A stretch of DNA of 64,000 bases from Takakia lepidozioides. Taxonomy: Eukaryota > Plantae > Bryophyta. The stretch's first letter is position 1; every line of letters begins with the position of its first letter. Positions 13,401 through 27,100 of the stretch are shown here, piece by piece. The notes beneath the pieces were generated by a model that saw only the letters and a list, made by a program, of their open reading frames with translations, had not been told where the DNA came from and searched no databases. Position numbers and translations under genes: made by a program. The stretch lies in contig CM060734.1 in assembly GCA_030704615.1 (NCBI GenBank), positions 44,888,001 to 44,952,000 of the forward strand, given 5' to 3'.

Positions 13401-14349
13401 CTGCATTTTAATGGTAGGGTTAAATTAATTTGGGTCCTCTGTTCGAAAGCAATGACAAAATCTCAGAGAGCTCTAAATCCAAGATGTGGGTCATGTTCTA
13501 CTGACAATGCAGTCCAGTCCAGGTCCAACCTCAACCAAGAGTCTGGAGAAGAGGCCTCTGTGTGGACAGTACCTACTTACCCATCCCGAGGAAGATTGAA
13601 CTGCAAGGTTGCTATTCCCCAAAAAGCGAAACCAAGATGCCTCAGGCACAGCAGCAGTGCGTGCTATCATTCAACGCTGCCTTCCTACCGGGCTTCATCC
13701 TACATTGTATAAGATTGGCTTTCAAGAGCCATTTCTCTTCCGGAGTAGTAAAAAGTGAAGACAAAATGTGATGGCATCCACCCCAAACGGTTCCATGGCT
13801 TCTTCTCCAACCCCCACTAACTCATGGGCGCCTAGTAAGGTCAGGCAGCAGAAAGAGATGGCAACGGAGGGCAGAATGGCTGCCCGAATCTTCCGGCAGG
13901 GAGGGTGGGTTGCTCCGGCCTATTTTTGGGGATGGTGGACCGCACCTGAGCTACATTATTATCGACGTGTAGTGTTATTTCATAAAGAAAGCCCTGCATG
14001 CATGCTACTCTTCTGTTTGCCAACAATCAATCCCAGATTCCGAAGGGTTGCACTCACAATTTGTGTGAGAGACCTAACTCATGTCAGTACAGTTATTCCC
14101 TCCACTGCTTCCCCCTGCTACTAATAAACCACGGCTACACCTGATCGACAAGCTTACCAACCAGTTACCATAAAACAAACGTCCATAAAAGAGCAAGTGG
14201 GTGGACTTAAGAAAAGTGGTGCCAACATAGTCAACATGAGTGAATGCCTTGACTCAGCAAGTCTTCAAAGTCAAGAGATCAGATGCACCCAACATACATA
14301 CATAGTTGACACAAGAGAGATCACAAGTACACGCACAGTGTGTCAACTT

Positions 14350-14503
14350 GGTCGTTGGGAATTCAAACCCGCTGCCCTGCCCCTTGTGTGGATTGTTCAT
14401 GGCGGTGACTGTTTCATGGCCCATGAATGAAAGGGGGTCCATATTTCCCCCTCCTCAGGGGCCTGAATTGTGGGCTGTCACTCCCAGGTTTCCTCTAAAG
14501 AAA
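14350..14503 (+). mobile_element. Degenerate SINE remnant of the same family
   Basis: GGGGCCTGAATTGTGGGCTGTCACTCCCAGGTTTCC matches the SINE 3' end; B-box-like ATTCAAACCC upstream. Confidence 0.45.
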
Positions 14504-15459
14504 GGATTTCATTCAAGATGAAACAGTGGTCACAGGGATGTAATTTCACTATATCCATTGTTAGGATCGGGCCAAGTTCCATTTATGTATTCCGGACGCA
14601 CTTTATCCGCCAGACATCCCTGAACTGAGGTGTCTGAGGGGGGGAGGCGAGGGGACTCTTTGGATGCCAACTAATGGAAATCCAGAAAGGAAGACCTGTC
14701 CAACGAATTGAGCACACAGGCCTCCCCAAGGGACCCAATGGACAATTGAAGGAATGTGTTGAAGGATGGAACACAACTCCCAACTGTCTAAATGACCAAT
14801 TAGCATTTGAAGTAAAGAACTCCCATTATAACAATTGGGGGCAGTTTAACATATAAAGGGGTACAGTGAATGCTATATATAGGGTTTTCCTGACATGTAG
14901 CCCAATCAATATATGAAGCAAGATGTTTGGTTTGTTTTGTTTTGTTTTGTTTGTTTTGTAGATTTGAGATGTCCCAAACTGCAGGCCCCACCCAGAGTGC
15001 TTGGTCCCGTGAAAGCCCTCGACGAGGAGGGGTGCACGGGCTTGGTCTTACGATTTTTGGACCTGAGATGTGGGAGATGTGGAATTTCAAGTACTTTGGG
15101 TCGTTGGAAATTCACGAAAAAATACAAAGTGGGCATTCCTGGGACAATGGTTGGAGCCTTGACAAGAGAGATATTAAGGGAAAGGTCTCCGGTTCAAATC
15201 TGGTCGTAGGCTATGAAGAAAAAAAATGCATTTAGACTTAGATGATGGATGGGCCAATGGCACAGGCTACCCTAGAGACGGGAGACATATCAATAATGAC
15301 TGGATATTACTACTCAATAAATTCATGAAAAATAAAATGGGGCTTTGACATGGGAGACGTACTTGGATACATAGGAGATTGCACATTGGGCTTAGATGGG
15401 CCTCGACATAGGAGACGCGGATACATAGGATATCGCACTTGGGAGTGGACACTTGGGCC

Positions 15460-16742
15460 TATGAATTCCAAAAAGGCCTTGATGTGAAATGCATCGCAAT
15501 TCACTTGATCACCCCCCTACAATTGTATTGCAAGGGCAATTCAATTGAACTGCTAAAAACTAGCTTGAAAATAACCCTAATTTGCAATTCAATTGAATTG
15601 TAGCACACGATTCAATTGAATTGGGAATTGGCAATTCAATTGAATTGTTGACTACAATTCAATTGAATTGTAATCTATAATTTTTAACTTATTTCTGTAT
15701 ATAATACATTATATATATATATATATATGTATATATTCAAATTATATTTATACACATATGAGAGTATAAGCTAAAAATACATGTTGCCCATCTATTCTTG
15801 CTGCCCCTCTTTCTTGTGCCCTTGAGGAAATTGTGGAGTTGTGAAGCCAGCGAGAAAGGGAGAGCCAGAGAGGGAGAGAGATCAGCAGCTTCCTGTGATC
15901 AGTAGCTTCCTGTGATTCACTGGCAAAAGAAACATGGCTGGCTCTGAAAGAAACAGACAAAATCAAACCTGACAATTGATGAAAGGCTTCCCCTCCATCA
16001 TCATGTAGTCCTCTAACACTAGTATCTGGCCCAGGACAAAGAAAACAAATGATATGTTCATCTTGAGAATTATCAAAAATAATATTGTTTGGATACCCTT
16101 ACAAAGGTATCATGTTGAAGTTGGGATGTGTGTTCCATATAAGTTTAATATATCAAACTCTTACACATTGATACTCTTACATTGGTATCATGTTTGGTAT
16201 ATGTACATAGCCATATATTGGCACCAACATCCACAAAGAGGGACAATCCCGCTTTTACAAGCGCTTCGTGACTTCCTCTCTCTCTCTCCCTCTCTCGCTC
16301 TCCCTTAGGCTTATCTCGGGCTGAAGCCTTATCACGGGCAAAGGATTGACAGACGGACAGCAAGAATAGACGGGCAACATGTATTTTTAGCTTATACTTT
16401 GGTATGCGTATATGTATAATTTAAATATGTACATATATATACAATATGTACATAAATAAGTTAAAAATTATTCAATTCAATTGTAGTCAGCAATTCAATT
16501 CAATTGCCAACTAGCAATTCAATTGATTTGCAAATTCATAATTCAATTGAATTGCAGTCAACAATTCAATTCAATTGTCAATTCGCAATTCAATTGAATC
16601 GTGTGCTGACAATTCAATTCAATTGCAAATTAGGGTTGTTTTCAAGCTAGTTTTATCAGTTCAATTGAATTGTGCACTTTTAGGGGTGATCAAGTGAATT
16701 GCAATGCATTTCACATCAAGGCCTTTTTGGAATTCCCTAGGG
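15460..16742. mobile_element. Non-autonomous foldback/long-TIR element; ~350-390-bp inverted arms (15460-15803, 16358-16742) with CAATTCAATTGAATTG sub-repeats
   Basis: Arms are reverse complements, the spacer is ~550 bp with no convincing ORF, and the element sits within a direct-repeat array (ACTTGGATACATAGGAGATTGC units at 15340-15455 and 16745-16925). TSD not resolved. Confidence 0.65.
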
Positions 16743-19707
16743 CCTCTACATGGGGGATGCACTTGGATACATAGAAGATTGCACTTGGATTTAGATGGGC
16801 CTCGACATAGGAGACGCACAGGGATCTTAGATTTCACACATGGACCAACGGCAGAGGCTACCCTAGAGATCGCACTTGGGCTTGGACATGGGAGAAGTAC
16901 TTGGATACATAGGAGATTGCTTTTGGGCCAAGGGCACATGCTGTGTTGGGTGATTATTAAGTTTTCAGGGTATGAAAACCAGGTTATCAACCCGGTTATC
17001 AATACATTGATACCGAAACCGACAATTTTTTTTAAAATGTGATATTGATAATCAATGGTTATGTGGTTTTTGATAACCAAGCTATATTGATAACAATGTC
17101 CCTAGGTTATAAGCTAATAAATAACCACAAAGAACCGGATAAGGGAAATGAAAATGCCAGTTATGTGTGCATACAAGTGTTCGTCTGGTATGGGTAGCTG
17201 ACCCAAGTATCAACCTTGGTATGAGGGACCATACCATCCTAGTCCTAAATTCTACATACCCAAGGCGATTCCATTGTTTGGCTTAGGATAGGGTTTCTCC
17301 TTTTTCAATGGTATCAATTCTTGCTGAGGGGAAGTAGGAAAGGGTGTTATGGCAGCCTACAAAACAATACAAAACAAATGCTACCATAGAACAAAAACTG
17401 TAAATTTTATGGCAAATATAGAAGACTTACACCATGTCAAAGTCCTCACCAAGGATGGGGGATCCATGTATCATAAGGATCAAGATTTGCCTGTCCACTA
17501 ACCAGCAAAGGAATTATTTTTTAGGGCTGCTCTTATAACACCCTTCAAAGATGTCGCTTGGTAATAATATGCTACTGGTGTTTTATTTTATTCCATAATG
17601 TGCTATGCCACCTTTTATTTTCAAACAAAAGTAGTTACTGCTTGGTGCAGTTGAAGAGCTTCCACAGAAAGATTGTAGTCCAGATTGAGAGCCTTCCAAC
17701 ACCACATCTCTGAGCTTCATTGGCCAAAATGGGACAAAGTTATGGCTGCTGAAAGTCCGAAATTCATGAAACGGCATCCACATATAGCCTGGGATTTTGT
17801 GCCTGCTGCCCGAATGTGGTAGCTTGCCTAATTTACTGGTGGCCAAGTACACTTGCTTGGCACCTTGGGCCAATATGTTGGGTAGGCGAGGGGTGAGGTG
17901 ATCCGCCCTTCGTTCATAGGGTTATTGGTGGATGAGCCCCAAGAAACAGAGCTGTGAAATTGAAGGTTAAGAAGGGGCAGCCCCAAACTCTAGTGTTTCT
18001 CTTGCATGGATTTCATGCAAATTTTTCACTAAAGCTAATTGAATAGGAAGTCTTTCACCAAGAAACAAATTTTTCATTGATTCAATATGAAAAGGGTGAC
18101 TACATGCCCAAAATATCTTAGGACCACTTTCCATGTGAACCCTTTCCCATTCGTTGACATCGAATAAGATGGGATTGACCAAAGGTTCTATCCATTGACT
18201 CTTTGGATTATCCTTCCATGTGCAAACCAATATCTAAACCCGTTTTACTATGTGCAATGTGGAAGATTAGTGCGAGAATGTGATGTGGAGTTTGAATAAG
18301 GAATCGGTGACCTCTTTAGCAAGTGAATCAATTTTTGACCTGCTAGGGCAAGTCATAATATGAGAACTGGGACCTGCCAACCAACCCTTACATTGAGGTG
18401 AGGGTTGCGCAACATGGGACCCAATTACCGTTGCACGGGTGTGCATGCACATGAAAGTGCCTCTTCAGACCCATGCTCCCATGCTCTGTGACATCAGCAG
18501 CACGGGAAAGGGGTCTACATGCTTAGTGGCCCTTACTACTAAGACTTGTAGCCCAGTGGTAATGGGTACATAGAGTGGTTGTGGCTTCAATCCACCGATT
18601 GGTGAGATCACAAAGATGTCCACCTTCTGTAACCCTTCGAGGTGAAGAGACTCCATAATTTATGCTTTCTTCGGGAAGCATCAAATATATATACCCAGGT
18701 CTGTTGTAGATGAGTCACTACAAAGGAGGCGGTACCCCAAGAGTTTGCGCAAAATTTCAGAATTTATAGGGATGGGTGGAGAACATGATGAGGTAGGTTA
18801 TATGTGCATTTCGATAGGGTTACTTGTGAAAATTTTATGTTGAATTCCAAGTTATAGCTCACAAAACATTCATCTTGAAATCCATACAGTGAAACTCTAT
18901 TCAAAATTTTATGTTGTATAGATCGCAGATGTAGTTAGCAACTTGACTCACATAATGGGTGATATCCAACATAAACTATAGCTTTGAACGGTTCATGATC
19001 AACCATTTATAAAGTAGCTCGTGGGAAAAAATGGGCTCGTAACCTCCACCTTAGCTAGTTCTAGTTTTATGGTTTTTGTTGTTTGTTATCATAATCCTTT
19101 TTTTTTGCTCCTCCCTAAGGAGAGACACGGCATCGATTATTTTCTCCTCGTGTACCTTCGCCAGTTAAATTTACCTATCTATCAAGATCATCCCTTCCCC
19201 AATAAATAGACACTTTTCAGTAGACTCTACATTCTCCTCTGCATGTTGTTACCCATTCATTCCTAACTTGGTGAGTGCTATATCTGCATGCAGTGGGGGA
19301 GGTTCTGTATCACTTGGTGAGCTGCTCTATCTGCATCCAGTTTTGGGAGGTTTTTTCTTCTTACTTTTCTCCACATCAGTTTGGGGTTGCTACTCCGGGA
19401 GGTTGTGAAGCGGTGTGTCAAGTTATTTTACCACTAGTGTGAAACTAGCTAGGAAATAGCTAGCTTTTACATATTGACATTTGGGATTGGCCCAAGTGTC
19501 AATCTAGGGGTCAAGGCAGATTTAGGCCCTGGAGCGGTTATCTTCACAGCAAGCGCGGGAGGCTCATTTTTCTCGAGTTGAGCCTCACCGCGCCTAGCTA
19601 TGGCGCCGTAGTGTGGATTCCCCATGGCGTGGGGTGCACTTGGCTTAACTTGTATTTGAGTGATGAGTTTATATATGCATGAGTTTATGCTTCAGCTTTG
19701 TGAGCTC

Positions 19708-19873
19708 TGTCGTATGCATACATATCGCTACACAACTACATCGCTGTCCAAAACCACACAACACATGTGCACACCACACACTAGTATACCACTAGTCCAC
19801 CACTAGGCTACAACTAGTCAGTCACTAGGCTGCCACTATGCTGCCCACTATGGCAGTCACTAGTCCACACAAT
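19708..19873 (-). repeat. Terminal repeat B2 (U5-like, 3' terminus)
   Basis: Matches 20193-20382 apart from two extra 12-bp ACTAGTCCAACC units there and a few substitutions. Confidence 0.9.
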
Positions 19874-19874
19874 A

Positions 19875-20190
19875 GATAAAGAAGAAGAATACAAGCACGA
19901 GCTCACAAATCTGAAGCATAAACTCATGCATATATAACCTCATCACTCAAATACAAGTCAAGCCAAGTGCACCCCACGCCATGGGGAATCCAAACTACGG
20001 CGCCATAGCTAGGCGCGGTGAGGCTCAACTCGAGAAAGATGAGCATCCCGCGCTTGCCGTGAAGATAACCACTCCAGGGCCTAAATCTGCCTTGACCCCT
20101 GGATTGACACTTGGGCCAATCCCAAATATCAATATGTAAAAGCTAGCTATTTCCTAGCTAGTTTCACACTAGTGGTAAGATAACTTGACA
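19875..20190 (-). repeat. Terminal repeat A2 (U3/R-like, 316 bp)
   Basis: Direct match to 52832-53147 and inverted match to 19416-19707. Confidence 0.9.
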
Positions 20191-20192
20191 GC

Positions 20193-20382
20193 TGTCGTGC
20201 GCATACATATTGCTACACAACTACATCGCTGTCCAAAACCACACAACACATATGCACACCACACACTAGTATACCACTAGTCCACCACTAGTCCAACCAC
20301 TAGTCCAACCACTAGGCTACAACTAGTCAGTCACTAGGCTGCCACTATGCTGCCCACTATGGCAATCACTAGTCCACACAAT
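20193..20382 (-). repeat. Internal repeat B1, immediately downstream of the PPT
   Basis: Copy of 19708-19873, joined to A2 through the dinucleotide GC. Confidence 0.9.
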
Positions 20383-20391
20383 CGCCCCCCT
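20381..20391 (-). promoter_or_regulatory. Polypurine tract of the DNMT element
   Basis: Minus strand AGGGGGGCGAT directly precedes TGTGTGG at the start of B1. Confidence 0.6.
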
Positions 20392-22537
20392 AGCTGGTGC
20401 TTAGGTCCCTCTAAGTCCAGGTAGCCACAAGATGTGATAGTGACCATAGCCTCACTAAGTCCTCCACCACTATCCCTACTACACTCAAACTCGATAGATC
20501 AAGAGGCCGGGTGCAAGAGTTGCCCCATCGTTAATCGCCATCTTGCAACCTGTGAACTTGAGCTTGGGATCTCATGTATTGACTCCTATGAGCTTGGCCT
20601 CCCATGTCTTCACTAGAAGCATTCGTGTCATTTACCACTGGGGTAACGACTCATTTTGAGTCATAAAAGTCAAAAAACTGGGATCGACTGGAAGTTACAA
20701 CAGACTAGTTACAACAGAAGTGGTAGTTGGGTTGGACATCCAATTATTGGAGTGGTAAATGACACAGACGCACGAACAACTGCTCAGCGATTAATGCGAT
20801 TAATGCTGAAGAACCACGTGGCGTAACCAGGCGGGCCGCCCGTGTGTCTGACCTTTTGGGCTGACTTTGACTTTTCCCTCCGGATGAGTGGACTGACGCA
20901 CCCGGGGTGCGGTGACATATGGACGCGGACGTGGATGCGGACGTGGATGCCGATGTGGCGGCGCCGCGACGAGCGGCAATGCTGCCGCGTGGCCACGAGC
21001 CCAAGACGCCACATTGCAGTCGGCCACATCACTTGGAGTGCTGCATGTGACGTCGCAACAGCCACTGGCGAAGTCAACTGCACAACTTCCGGCAGACGAA
21101 TCCACGGGGACCACGTGGAGAGTGTGTGGGTCAACGCGTGGCGTCGTCCCCACGCAATGGCAGTGACGGGTACGTCTTCTAGTGGAAAGACGCAGAGTGC
21201 TTGTGCCATCTCGGGACTGCTTTGGCCAACTCCGCTGCCACTGTGCTAGTTGGTTGCACTACAGTAGGAAAGCACGAAAAATGAGGACTTGTAGTGTTTT
21301 GTGTGAGTTTCCAACTGACCTGCATTCTAAGCTAAAAATATGGTTCTGATGCATTCTACTGGTTTTAGTGGTTCACCCATATGCAGGGGGAATTGAGAAG
21401 CAATGATATTGGGCGAAACTGAGAACACAGACCACGATGCATGCACAACATCACGCTAATGAACCAAATTAAAGAGGCAACAGGGAGACCAAAGACCATC
21501 ACACATACACATAGAAGGTGGACGGACACGACGACAAGTCAGGAAATGTGATATTACATTCAAATTAGAGACCGTCACAGCACACCTGCATATGAGCAAG
21601 ACTAAATGCCAACATACATGGTTGCCGGACATCACTTAAACTGTCATGGCCCAAATGTTCAAAACTGGTAACGTGAGTATCATACACACTTCTATGAGTA
21701 TCATTACACACCCAACAGGGACTACAAACATGAAATGTCACTTGATACTTTCACTTTTCCTCATACTCTTCTCTGGCCACAGAGTCACCGTGCCTTTCAC
21801 ATGCGCTAGTGTGGTCTGGGGGGGGGCATCGTCCACATTTGGGCAAGGCAATATAACACTTGGAAGCATCTTTCACCTTGTACCACCCGGATCGAATGTC
21901 CTTGCAGTGGAACTTGTCAACCCCGGCTATTCCCACCACTTCCGCCTTGGCGGCGGCTGTCTTTGACCGCTTGTCATGGGGGTTCAGGAGAAACACAGGA
22001 TCTGATATCTGCAGACACCAACATCAGGGTCCACTCAGCAACAAACATAGCAATGACAAGGTGAAAGTCAAGCGCAGCTGGGCATGGAAACGATCTTGGT
22101 TGCCACAATACTGAATCAGCAGCCAATTCACGGTGTACCAACGTACCTTGAAGCGAAGCTCGTCGCTGAGGGTGGCAACTGAGGAAAGCTGCCCACATGT
22201 CTTCAACTGCAGCAGCAAAAAGAGGTTTAGTCAGACGGATAAGAATAACATGAACTCTGGTGGTTGCAATGGTATAAACACACCTCCACGGAGCAAGCTA
22301 ACAAACACCCTGCTCAGACCCTAGCACTACAACTTCCTGGCAAAAATAACCCTACTAAAAACCAGCCAGGCAAAGCAAGGAGCCATGAATGCATGCCTGG
22401 GGAACCACGTCCTGCTGCGATGATGGTGCCGGGAACAGCCCACTCCTCTTGCTCACCTGCAATGAATACACATTGCAACGCTTCAGGAAGTGTATCCATA
22501 AAGGAAACCAACTAAGTAAGTTTGCGGAGAGGGGCTG

Positions 22538-23264
22538 TGTCGCGCACCTCACTTCGGTAAGCTCCCCCTCAAGTCATAGTTACTCGCTTTGATGCGCGCG
22601 CCTGACTCCCAACCTGGCCGCTGGGCCAACTTGGAGCTTCGGCTGCTCACCGGGGCATAACGGTCCCCCTTTGTTCTCCCAAAGAACCCTCCACCGATTT
22701 GGAACCAGCGGGAATTCCCTTTGGTAGTTGGCAGTCCGGAACAGCTCCCCACTCTTTGGTCGCTTTCCGGCTCGCTCGCTTACTCACTAGTTTTTGGTCA
22801 CCAACGGGCTTGCACCGTTCTCGGGGTTACTACTCCCTATATATATTTTTGTAGCTGTCCGCGGGGGTTTCACAAGCAGCCATGCCATTTTATGGCGAAC
22901 CACCACGAAAACCCTCGACTCCCGGTGATGAGTCGCGGTGAGTCTTGGCCCACTCACCACGACCCCTATGGACCGTGATGAGTCCCAAGACTCCCCACGA
23001 CTCCCACCACAAGGTCTCCGCCCCCATGGTGAGTCCTATGCCACCCCCACTAAGTCCCGCTAAGCTACCACCACCCCTTGTGGAGCCACCCCCACCGCAA
23101 CCCGGTGTGCGGGGCTCCACCTAGTGAGCGCCCCCGCCTCCTTGAGTGCCTTGGGCACTCAAGGGTGCTTCAGCCCCCCATACCTATCGCTGCCGCTGCC
23201 CCCACCACAGGGGCAGCCCCTCATGTGTCCCGACCCCCTGCCCTCAAGGCAAAGGGCCGCGACA
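22538..23264 (-). repeat. Complete 3' LTR (727 bp) of the chromovirus, TATA at ~22838-22846
   Basis: TG..CA ends with 7-bp inverted repeats; 22850-23264 matches 28597-29006; preceded by PPT-like GGTAGGGGTGTG. Confidence 0.9.
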
Positions 23265-24169
23265 CACACCCCTACCAACACGGAGTTGATGTCCTCATCG
23301 ACTTGTCCATTTTGTAGAAACGAACATCCAAGTTGTGGCGTCCCACATCAAGGAGTTTGTTTCCGTACCATGGCGTCCCATGGCAAAGAACCAAACCCCA
23401 CACTTGACTCTACTCTCCACTAGCTAGTTCGGCCGACTTCCTCCAAGTCCCGGCCAGGGGTGGAGCATCTCAAGCTCCTCCCAGTGCACTCTTCTTGGCC
23501 TTCTTCAAGGTCAAGGAACGATCCTCCCCAAGGATCGAATCGCCTTACTGCAACAACATTGCTTGCGACCGCTCATGATGCCGCTTTTGGCATCACCTTG
23601 AGCAAGGGTTCACCTGGAACCCTCTTTGACTAGGAAGATAACCTTGAACCAACCGTGCGCCCCAATCACTACAATTGGGTCCGCCTTGGAATGCTGGCCT
23701 GAGGTATGGGAACACGCCGAAGCCGCACTACGACTTCGTCCCGAGGCTACACGATTATAGTACGTGAACGGGAGTACTTAGCTTCCGCGTTAGCCCGCAC
23801 TACAAGGCAACCCCCTCGGTAGCGCAGTTATAGTACGCGCACGCGCCAGGTGCGCACTAGCACGTGAACTCCCAAAGAAGGCGCAAGTTTCCTTGCCCCT
23901 TGGATGGGGGTCACCCGATTTCGGCACTACGCAAATACACGATTAACCCAATTTACCTCTCCCACTTTTATAAGCTAGCATGCATTCTACACACTAGCCA
24001 ACCATACCATGCATCACCATTCCAAACAAAATAGGACGCACAACATTTGGAAGCCATTTCATTTATAGCACGTTTTGTACAATACGAGTTTTTGCAATTG
24101 GATTCCTAAGCTGGCTAAGCCGGGCTAAGCATGCATTTCCTCCCCCACGCTCCAAGGTTGATGTCCCCA

Positions 24170-27100
24170 TCAACGCTTCTTCCGCTTTTGAGGTCGCCCT
24201 TGGAAAGCTGCAACCGGTTCAGATGCGTTACCCATTTCTGAGGCACGCACCCAAGATGCCTCCACATGATGATAGCCCTTCCATTTGACGAGATACTCCG
24301 TTTCTCGGTTCCTGAACCTCCTCGACTTAAGTATTGCCTCCACCTCGTACTCAGGTTCATTTTCATGATCCAACAGCATAGGTGGCGGACGCAACACTTG
24401 ATGCCGATTCGGACGTGCTTCATCTTTGAAGTAAGGCTTCAAAAGGGAGACATGGAATACTGGGTGCACCTTGCTGTTTGCCGGCAGCTCCAATTCATAC
24501 ACATCCTCATTCATTACCTTCCGAATGCGAAAGGGTCCCGCATACGGAGGTATGAACTTCGGACTCACCTCCAGAGGTAGTTGGAAATTCTTGATCTTCA
24601 ACCAGACCTCTGTGCCCGCCTCAAACTTCACTTCCCTCCGCTTCCGATTCGTCTGCCTTTCATACCGTTTCCTAGCTTTGGCAATGTTGTACTTTGCGAG
24701 CTTCAACAAACGCTCGCGTTCTTCCAGTACCGCCGCTACTGCCGGTTCCTCAACGTCCTGGGCGGCCCAACTTGTCGGCACCAGAGGTGCTTTTCCATAG
24801 ACCAATACGAAAGGGGAAACTCCCATTGCGGAGTGTTCTGTGTTATTATAACAGAACTCCGCCGCGTCTAAGTGTTCCACCCAGTCTGTTTGGTCTGCCG
24901 ACACGTAATTCCGCAAGATTTGCTTCACTACGGAATTCACTCTTTCTATTTGGCCGTCGGTCGTAGGTCGGAAGGCGGTGCTCATCTTCAGCCTCGTCCC
25001 CATCTTCTTCCAAAGTGCCCTCCAAAATTTACTCGTAAACTTTGGATCGCGGTCCGAGACAATATCCTTCGGGACTCCATGATGCTTTAAGACGTGGGCG
25101 AAGTAATGTCGCCCTGTCTCCTGCGCCGTTGCCGTCTCTTTGGTGGGGATGAAATGGCCCATTTTACTGAACCTATCCACCACCACCATGATTGCATCGA
25201 ATCCTTTTGACAGCGGCATAGCAGTCATGAAATCCATCGAGACGCTCTCCCAAGTCCCTTCTGGAATCGGCAAGGGCTGTAACATCCCCGCTTGCTTTTT
25301 GTACTCGCTCCGGTTTTGTTGGCATGTGGTGCATGTCTTGACATACTCCTCTGCCTCCTCCCTCAGTTTGGGCCAGAAATACTCTTTCTTCAAGAGTGCC
25401 GCAGTGCGCTTGGCTCCGCCGTGGCCTGCAAGCGGGCTGTCATGGCATTATCTCAAGAGACTATCTCTGATCCCTCCCTTCGGCACGTAGAGGCGCTTTT
25501 GCTTATACCGGAGCAGTCCATTTTGCAAGTGGAACTGCGATTTAACCCCCATCCTCAAGTCTTGCATCACGGACTTCGCCAGCTCATCCTTCTGGCAAGC
25601 CTTCCGGATCTTACTTTGGAGCGTCGTCTCGCCCCTGTATACCAACAGGAGCTGCTGCTTTCTACTTAAAGCATCGGCCACCACATTGTCCCGTCCCGGT
25701 TTGTACTGGATATCCACGTCGAACACCGCCAAAGTATCTTGCCACCTAAGTTGTTTTGGAGACAACTTGGGCTGTGTGGCAAAATACTTCACTGTGACAT
25801 TGTCCGTGAACACCTTCACTGGGTTGGAACCAACATAGTGGTGCCAAAGCTCAAGGCAATGCACCACCGCCTTCATCTCTTTTTCGTGCGTCGGCCATCG
25901 TCGCTCCACTTCATTCAGTTTCTTACTTTCGTAAGCCACTGGACGTCCATCTTGCATAAGTACACCCCCAATCGCGAAGTCCGACGCATCTGTATGAATC
26001 TCAAATGGGCGATCGAACTCCGGGATTTTCAAGACTGGAGCTTCCGCCATCCGCTGCTTCAATTCAGCAAAAGCTTGGCCACAACATGTGTTCCATACCC
26101 AGACTTTGGATTTACACAGAAGGTCCGACAGCGGCCCCGCGATCTTGGCAAAATTTCTCACATACTTCCGGTAATAGGAGGCAAGTCCTAGGAAGGATCG
26201 CACTCCCGGGACCGAAGTCGGAGGCTCCCAGTCCAAGATCGCCCTCACCTTTCTGTCATCCATTTTGATCCCATCCTGTGTAATCACATGCCCCAAGAAC
26301 TCCACTTTCGTGACCCCAAATTCGCACTTTGAAGCTTTGGCGTATAGCTTTCCTTCCCGCAACTTTTGGAACACCCTTTTGAGGTGCTCCAGGTGCTCCT
26401 CCTTTGTTTTCGAGTACACCAAGATGTCGTCGATGTACACGATCACAAAGTCATCCAACCACTCCTGAAAAAGGTTGTTCATCAGCGTGCTAAAGGTCGC
26501 AGGTGCATTGGTGAGCCCAAAAGGCATCACCAAGAACTCATATAAACCATACCTTGTCCTGCACGCGGTCTTCTCCTCATCTCCTTCCACCACCCGAATT
26601 TGATGATAGCCGGAGCGCAAGTCGATCCGGCTGAAATACTTCGCTCCTGCCAACCGGTCGAAAAGGTCGTCGATCCTTGGCAAAGGGTACCGGTTTTTAA
26701 TAGTCACCTTATTCAAAGCCCTGTAATCGACACACATCCGCAGCGTCCCATCCTTCTTGTCTGCGAATAGCACCGGGGCTCCGTAACGTGACTTACTCGG
26801 CCGGATGTACCCCTTTGATATTAGATCCTTGAGCTGAGTCTTCAGCTCAACCAACTCCCTGTGGCTCAACCGGTAGGCTGCCTTGGCAGGCGGTTCCGAT
26901 CCCGGTATCACCTCAATCTTGTGGTCAACTCCTCTTCGCGGTGGCAAGCCGCTTGGTAAATCCTCCGGCATCACATCCTGGTATTTCTCCAAGATCCCCT
27001 TGATCCAATCTGGGCTCGGCTCCCCATCGCCTTCTCCCTTCACTTCTCTAATGTAAAGCAAAAACTGGGGCTCGTGTGCCTCCTCCACGGCCCACTCCCT

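Noticed and set aside
17960-18760. Degraded coding remnant on the minus strand
   Set aside because: No recognisable motif; too decayed to call.
19708-20382. B-A-B as an independent TRIM
   Set aside because: No PBS after B1, no PPT before B2, no TSD around it, and A is the 5' terminus of the large element in two copies.
21257-21275. CACTACAGTAGGAAA as the canonical CACTA left end
   Set aside because: No matching right end with a 3-bp TSD found; TGTAGTG at ~40153 has mismatched flanks.
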